From assembly GCA_050951325.1 (NCBI GenBank), contig JBMNIW010000003.1, positions 96,001 to 160,000 of the forward strand: a DNA stretch of 64,000 nucleotides. The letters run 5' to 3'. The notes beneath the pieces are model-generated. The model searched no databases, had not been told where the DNA came from, and worked only from the letters and a program-made list of their open reading frames with translations. This document shows, in pieces, positions 58,778 to 64,000 of the stretch. Numbering within the stretch: position 1 is the stretch's first letter; every line of letters begins with the position of its first letter. Made by a program: the position numbers and the translations under genes. The stretch is from Clostridia bacterium. Lineage in GTDB: Bacteria; Bacillota; Clostridia; UBA1212; DUPL01.

Positions 58778-58919
58778 ATGTTCAACCATCCTGTTTCAAA
58801 TATATTTTCCTATACCATAAAAGTTTACCACACTCAAAGTTGTTTTAGCAAATCCTCAATTTGACTCATAATTCACCTAGTGGTAATATTCTCTCAAATC
58901 ACCAAAAGGAGCATGTTAA

Positions 58920-59363
58920 ATGATAAAAGTCACATTTCATTCTGACACTGAAGTTGATGAAAAAAACTTAATCATAGCCATAATTGCGTCAATATACAAT
59001 AAAAAATGGGTGTTCTGCAAGCACAGCAAAAGAGGTACCTTTGAAATGCCTGCAGGAAGACGTGAAAAAAACGAAAGCATAGAGAATACTGCACGAAGAG
59101 AACTTTATGAAGAAACCGGGGCAACAAAATTCGACCTGTATCCTGTCTCGGTTTATTCAGTTATTGAAAACCACCAAACAAACTATGGAAAACTTTTCTT
59201 TGCAGATATAAAGGTAATGAAAAGAATACCAGAAGGTTCTGAAATGGATTTTATAATCCTGTCAGACAACCTTCCGGAAAAATTAACTTACGAATATATC
59301 CAGACGAAACTTTTCGAAAAGGCACTGGAATATGCCATTAGCAACTCCTTTATTTCTTCCTGA
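58920..59363 (+). CDS. NUDIX hydrolase
   Basis: Complete Nudix box G-RREKN-E-SIENTAR-RELYEETGA. Confidence 0.9.
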   Translation: MIKVTFHSDTEVDEKNLIIAIIASIYNKKWVFCKHSKRGTFEMPAGRREKNESIENTARRELYEETGATKFDLYPVSVYSVIENHQTNYGKLFFADIKVMKRIPEGSEMDFIILSDNLPEKLTYEYIQTKLFEKALEYAISNSFISS

Positions 59364-60948
59364 ATTTAACAAAGTACAAAGCAACTGCAGCAAACAGAAT
59401 CGCAATAAACACCAAAAGAACTATAATCAAGACAGCCGTGCTCTTGTCTTCCTCGTGTCCATCTTCCAGCTCTGTAGGACTGGGTGTCTCTGTAGCCACA
59501 GGTATTTCCGTAGCATCAGGAGCAGTCCCTGTAGGTTCAGGTGTAGCTTCCGTAGGTGCGGGTGTACTTACCGTAGGCTCAGGAGTTACACTTTCAGTTG
59601 GTTTGGGCGTTGGTGTCTCTGGCACATCTGTGGAAGGAATAGATGTATAGGCAATTTCCGCATCATTAATTATGTAGTAGTCCACATACAAGTTTTTCAC
59701 CGTCACATCTTCGTACTTTACCACTATTTTTCCTTGCGGTTTCGGGTCACTTATGGTTATCTGTACAGTATCGCTTGAAAAGGTTTTCTTTTCATACAAC
59801 TTGCCATCGACATAGAAAGCAGCCTTTCCTCTGGGCAAAAAGCCTTCTACCATATCGCTAACCTTGCAGGTTAGTACAAGTTTTCCATCAACAACCTTGT
59901 AACTTAGTGAGAAGGATAACTTTTTCGGATTAACAGTCAAAGTTAACCAATTGCTGCTGGTAATGGGCATGTAACTACCATCTGAGCCCTTGCTGGCATA
60001 AACTCTAACATTTTTATCAGCACCGATTATGTGGATTTTTTCACCGTCAAACTTGAAAACCCTTAAGGTATCAAATTCAAATGTAATCTGCCCATCACCG
60101 CTACCTCCCGTTACAGGCAGTGTAAAAGGACCTTCACCAAAGGTGTATTCCATTTTTATACCGTCTTTCAATATTTTTAGCTCATTCTGGTAAAGCTTGG
60201 GCTGATGGGAGTTGTCATAACTTCCAGACGATCTGGGAGCAAGGCCAAAAAGTTCCACAATGGCATCGGCAGTAGCCTTTCCAAGCGTTTGAAGGTTTGC
60301 ATCCTTTGTCAGAAACTCAAGGTCATCTGGGTTTGACATGAAAGCATACTCCATTATCAGACTCGGGATTCCATGGTCTATTCCCCTTTTTACAATACCA
60401 TAATAGTCGGCAAGGGTTCCATTGGGATAAAACACCCATTCCTCGGGCGTGTAGGTCCTGGAAGCGACTCCCCTGTTTCTAAGTCCAGTACGCTCACTTA
60501 CTTTCTCGAGTATCTTGTTTGCTACTCTCTTTGCCTCGCTTGCAACTTCCGGCCTGTAATTGCCGGAGGGCACAAAAGCCAAGGTACCTCTTGCACTTTT
60601 ATCTCCTGCATTGTTATGTACGCTGATAAACAAATCAGCGTTACAATGCTTTGCGAAATCCACTCTGGCTCCCAGTGTAAGATAATTGTCTTCAGGCCTT
60701 GTCTCATATATTCTTACATTTTCATATTTCTTTAGTTCTTCTATCGCATATTTTACAATTTTCAGATTCAGATCTTTCTCTCTGATCTCTACACCATTCT
60801 TGTCATTGTAACAAGCGCCAGGATCCCGCCCTCCATGGCCTGCATCAAAAACAATGACAAATTCTTTTTTTGCTTCCGCTCTGCCTGCAAGAAGCATAAC
60901 AAAAAGAGCAAAAACCAAAACAATTACAGACAATATATACTTTCTCAT
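59350..60948 (-). CDS. Secreted, C-terminally membrane-anchored N-acetylmuramoyl-L-alanine amidase (Amidase_3)
   Basis: Signal peptide (AEA site), DAGHGG, EKDLNL, SVHNNA, IMEYAF; Pro/Thr linker; TM helix plus KFRKK. Confidence 0.88.
   Translation of the reverse strand: MRKYILSVIVLVFALFVMLLAGRAEAKKEFVIVFDAGHGGRDPGACYNDKNGVEIREKDLNLKIVKYAIEELKKYENVRIYETRPEDNYLTLGARVDFAKHCNADLFISVHNNAGDKSARGTLAFVPSGNYRPEVASEAKRVANKILEKVSERTGLRNRGVASRTYTPEEWVFYPNGTLADYYGIVKRGIDHGIPSLIMEYAFMSNPDDLEFLTKDANLQTLGKATADAIVELFGLAPRSSGSYDNSHQPKLYQNELKILKDGIKMEYTFGEGPFTLPVTGGSGDGQITFEFDTLRVFKFDGEKIHIIGADKNVRVYASKGSDGSYMPITSSNWLTLTVNPKKLSFSLSYKVVDGKLVLTCKVSDMVEGFLPRGKAAFYVDGKLYEKKTFSSDTVQITISDPKPQGKIVVKYEDVTVKNLYVDYYIINDAEIAYTSIPSTDVPETPTPKPTESVTPEPTVSTPAPTEATPEPTGTAPDATEIPVATETPSPTELEDGHEEDKSTAVLIIVLLVFIAILFAAVALYFVKFRKK
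59475..59640 (-). repeat. Pro/Thr/Glu-rich low-complexity linker (TPEPT-like repeats) within the amidase
   Basis: TPTPKPTESVTPEPTVSTPAPTEATPEPT...ETPSPTE. Confidence 0.8.
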
Positions 60949-60969
60949 GCTCTCACCTTTCCAGATAAA

Positions 60970-63306
60970 TTATTCCATAATATCAATCTCAAGCTTGTAG
61001 CATTGAAGATTTCTTGAAAGGTCCAATAAAACCTTGTAGCCTTTGGGAACTGAGCATTTAACATTAAATACATCTCCATCAATATGCCATGAAAGGGATG
61101 CAAACCCTTGTTTGGTCCTGACAATCCCCTTGGCCCACATCAAACCATTGGGATTCGGACTTATGGTTATGGTTTTGTCCACCTCGTCAGGTATCCCCAA
61201 GCCCAGTACATCTCTTGTCAAATGAACACCCACATGCGAAGCAAATCCATGACATCTGCTGGAGGTGTCAATTGTTCTGTTTTCCCATAGTGTACCCGGC
61301 CCCTCCTTCAACTGAGGATAGAATATGGCTTTCATGTCTTCAAGCATCTTGTCATATTCCTTCCACTTTGAAAGAAGGTCGAGCCTGATGCAAAGACCTA
61401 TGAACAATCCTGCTTCGTCCACATATGGGTCTTTGGGATATGTGGGATAAGGCCCCATTGCATGAACCACTTTAAAAGCAAGCTCCTTTATCTCATCCTT
61501 GTCAAACAGCTCCGACCAAAGCACCGTATACTGATTTGCCTCGGAATAATTGCCTTTACATCTTAATTTGCCGTCCACATACTCCAATGTATCGGGTATG
61601 TATTTTTCGTCTTTAACAGTTTCCCGTAATATACTCCGTATACTCAAACCCAGTTCAACAAACTCACTGCAACCGTAAAGCTTGCCCAGTCTTAGAAGCA
61701 TATATGAATACAAACTGTTGGCCGATACTGAAATTGGCTGGGTGTAGTGATTGGATTTGGACCAGTCAACAAACACATGGGGCATGTTTGTCAAGAGTCC
61801 GCATTCTCCTAAAAATACCTTGGATCCCTTAACAAAGTCAAATATTCTTTGCCTGAACTTTTCTGCAAACTCCCAATCATTGGTTCTCTCCACGTATTCA
61901 CACATTTCAATCATCAGCCAGAAGGACCAGGTTGTTATTCCTGTCATCTCCTTGTAACTGCGTTTGTTTGCAGGGTATACCTCGGGGAAAAAGGCGTTCC
62001 ACATTTCATCCGAAGGGGTTAACAGGAAGTTTTCAATAAAGGCCTTTTCAACACTTGTATCACCAAGCATGACACTTGCACTTCTTGCAGTCCACAACGA
62101 GTCGCACAGCCATCCTCCCCTCTCCCTCTCAGGACAATCCATGAAAATATCCAGTGTGTTTAAAAGCAGCGTATGCCTTGCAGCATCATACAACCTGTTC
62201 AAATCTTCATCACTGCATCTGAAAAACCCCATGTTTGAGTCGGGATAATAATATGTATATATTGACACATTCCTTACAACTATCCGTTTTACACCCTTAA
62301 AGCACAGTCTGATATATCTGGCAAGGTAAGGTTCCATGGATATAAAGGAGATGTTTTTCTTTTTCAAAAATAATCTTATTGACCCGCCTGTTTGTATGGA
62401 CATATTACCTGTCAAATCCATTGCTTCGGAATGATGAATGTCACAAAAAGCGTCTTCCTCACAACTTTCTATTTCCAAATCAAGTGAAAAGAACCCTACA
62501 TGGCTTTTCCCAAAGTCGAATATGACATATGGATTCTCGTCCTCTCCGGGAATTATTTCACACTCACCATTACCAACATTGAATTTTCCTCTTGAAGGAA
62601 AACTTGCAAACCTTCTTGCGTCCTTGTCAGGCCTGTATTCCAAACCGTCATAATACTCCTTGTAACCTGGCTCATAAAATTCCTGTGGCACATTGATATT
62701 GTCATCATATACAAAGGACCCAAATTCCAACAGTTTCAAGGCGTCAATCCTATCTAGTTCTGGATACTCCATTCCTCTTTCCAGGAAAAAGGCATCCAGT
62801 TCGAGTTCCTCAACTTCATGTTCTTCATACATCTTGTCGTCAATCACATATATCTCTCCTGCGCCTCTTGAGTGGGATATCCTGCCTGCATTTATTCTCT
62901 TTATCATCCTGTATCCCTTGACGGTTCTATCACTGACAATCTTTCTGTCATCCAGTGCAAGTTCAAACAACAAAAGGCCCCGTTCCAACGTGCAATCATT
63001 GGAATAGCCGTTGAAACAATCGGAATAGCTGATGACATAAATGCAGATTTCATTCATACCTTTTTTTACATGCAAACTTATATCAATATCATCCACGCGT
63101 AAAAACTTATGTGCCGTTCTTGCAGGACCATGCATTACAAACACGTCGTTTACATACAACCTGTAAAACGACCTGGCAGTAATACTTATACTGGCGTTTT
63201 TTACATCTTCCAACACTTCAAAATTCTTTTTGAAACATGTAATTACATTGTGCTCTTTATCAAGATCCTTCAAAAAGATTGGCTTTGCATCAATAAAAAA
63301 GGACAT
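60970..63306 (-). CDS. GH78 alpha-L-rhamnosidase-like glycoside hydrolase, cytoplasmic
   Basis: HGPAR, FDFG, MDCPERERGGWLCD, FVDW, TLWE, SRCHG; no signal peptide. Confidence 0.82.
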   Translation of the reverse strand: MSFFIDAKPIFLKDLDKEHNVITCFKKNFEVLEDVKNASISITARSFYRLYVNDVFVMHGPARTAHKFLRVDDIDISLHVKKGMNEICIYVISYSDCFNGYSNDCTLERGLLLFELALDDRKIVSDRTVKGYRMIKRINAGRISHSRGAGEIYVIDDKMYEEHEVEELELDAFFLERGMEYPELDRIDALKLLEFGSFVYDDNINVPQEFYEPGYKEYYDGLEYRPDKDARRFASFPSRGKFNVGNGECEIIPGEDENPYVIFDFGKSHVGFFSLDLEIESCEEDAFCDIHHSEAMDLTGNMSIQTGGSIRLFLKKKNISFISMEPYLARYIRLCFKGVKRIVVRNVSIYTYYYPDSNMGFFRCSDEDLNRLYDAARHTLLLNTLDIFMDCPERERGGWLCDSLWTARSASVMLGDTSVEKAFIENFLLTPSDEMWNAFFPEVYPANKRSYKEMTGITTWSFWLMIEMCEYVERTNDWEFAEKFRQRIFDFVKGSKVFLGECGLLTNMPHVFVDWSKSNHYTQPISVSANSLYSYMLLRLGKLYGCSEFVELGLSIRSILRETVKDEKYIPDTLEYVDGKLRCKGNYSEANQYTVLWSELFDKDEIKELAFKVVHAMGPYPTYPKDPYVDEAGLFIGLCIRLDLLSKWKEYDKMLEDMKAIFYPQLKEGPGTLWENRTIDTSSRCHGFASHVGVHLTRDVLGLGIPDEVDKTITISPNPNGLMWAKGIVRTKQGFASLSWHIDGDVFNVKCSVPKGYKVLLDLSRNLQCYKLEIDIME

Positions 63307-63308
63307 GG

Positions 63309-64000
63309 TTATCCCTCCTGTAGATATTTCAAACTAACTCTGTTGATATTATCAAGAACATCCTCATGGCTGCACACATTACTTCCTTCTTTTAAACAGG
63401 TCATTGTGCCAGCGCAAGTTGCAAATCTTGCAGTTGTATCCAAATCAAAACCATTAATTATTGATAACGCCATTGCAGCTGTCATGGCATCACCTGCACC
63501 AACAGTGCTTATGCTTTGTATGGGAAAAGTCTCGGCAAATAGGAATCTTCCCTCTTTGAAAAACAGTGCTCCTTCTTTTCCCATGGAGACAGCTATCAAA
63601 GTTGCACCGTCTTTTATTTCTTTCACCGCATCAACTATATCGTTAATATCTTTCAACTTTCTATCAACAATGGATTCAAGTTCAAATACATTCGGTTTTA
63701 TTGCATACGGATTTTCCTTCAAACCATATACAAGAAACCTGCCATGAGCATCCAGCAGGGTTTTTGAACCCTTCTTTTTTGCAATCTTAATAAGAATTGC
63801 ATAAATATCATCAGGAACACCCTTTGGAATACTTCCTGATAAAACAACAATGCCCTTTTTGGGGCATAGTTCTTCATATAATTCAATAAATGCAGTCAAA
63901 TCTTTCTTGTGTATGCAAAAACCCTTCTCATTAAGCTCTGTTACAGTACCTGTGCTCAAATCATTTATCTTTGTATTTACCCTTAAGGCTCCCTCCACCA
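63309..64000 (-). CDS. 1-phosphofructokinase-family (PfkB) kinase, 5' end outside window
   Basis: RVNTKI, LSGSIP, IKPNVFEL, STVGAGD. Confidence 0.9.
   Translation of the reverse strand, partial: VEGALRVNTKINDLSTGTVTELNEKGFCIHKKDLTAFIELYEELCPKKGIVVLSGSIPKGVPDDIYAILIKIAKKKGSKTLLDAHGRFLVYGLKENPYAIKPNVFELESIVDRKLKDINDIVDAVKEIKDGATLIAVSMGKEGALFFKEGRFLFAETFPIQSISTVGAGDAMTAAMALSIINGFDLDTTARFATCAGTMTCLKEGSNVCSHEDVLDNINRVSLKYLQEG

Overview
Core-genome segment of a low-GC, endospore-forming Clostridia-class bacterium (Oscillospirales/Acetivibrionales-like by gene content; inferred). All but three of about 52 genes lie on the minus strand, consistent with leading-strand bias. Contents in coordinate order: lysS(partial)/greA/guaB; groESL with a perfect CIRCE; a his operon lacking hisH/A/F and carrying a HisR-type operator; gltX-glnS-mrnC-rlmB-pcrA; ligA; gpr; rpsT; comEC-holA; spoIIAA-AB-sigF-spoVAC-D-E; a tightly packed trpS-uvrB-uvrA-clp-argJ-helD-whiA run behind a LexA-type box; a His/Cys-free SodC-like ORF; a BMP-family ABC transporter; an FAD oxidoreductase plus PHP protein; a divergent type IIA topoisomerase pair downstream of an aldolase-SDR fusion; radical SAM/DUF2344/short RNase G; NUDIX; a membrane-anchored amidase; GH78; partial pfkB. 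I saw no mobile element, CRISPR array, rRNA or tRNA, and no unmistakably new system. The best leads are the SOS-boxed repair/RNAP-recycling run, the aldolase-SDR/topoisomerase/PHP/ABC block, and the metal-ligand-free SodC-fold protein. All family calls come from motif recognition by eye, not database searches.
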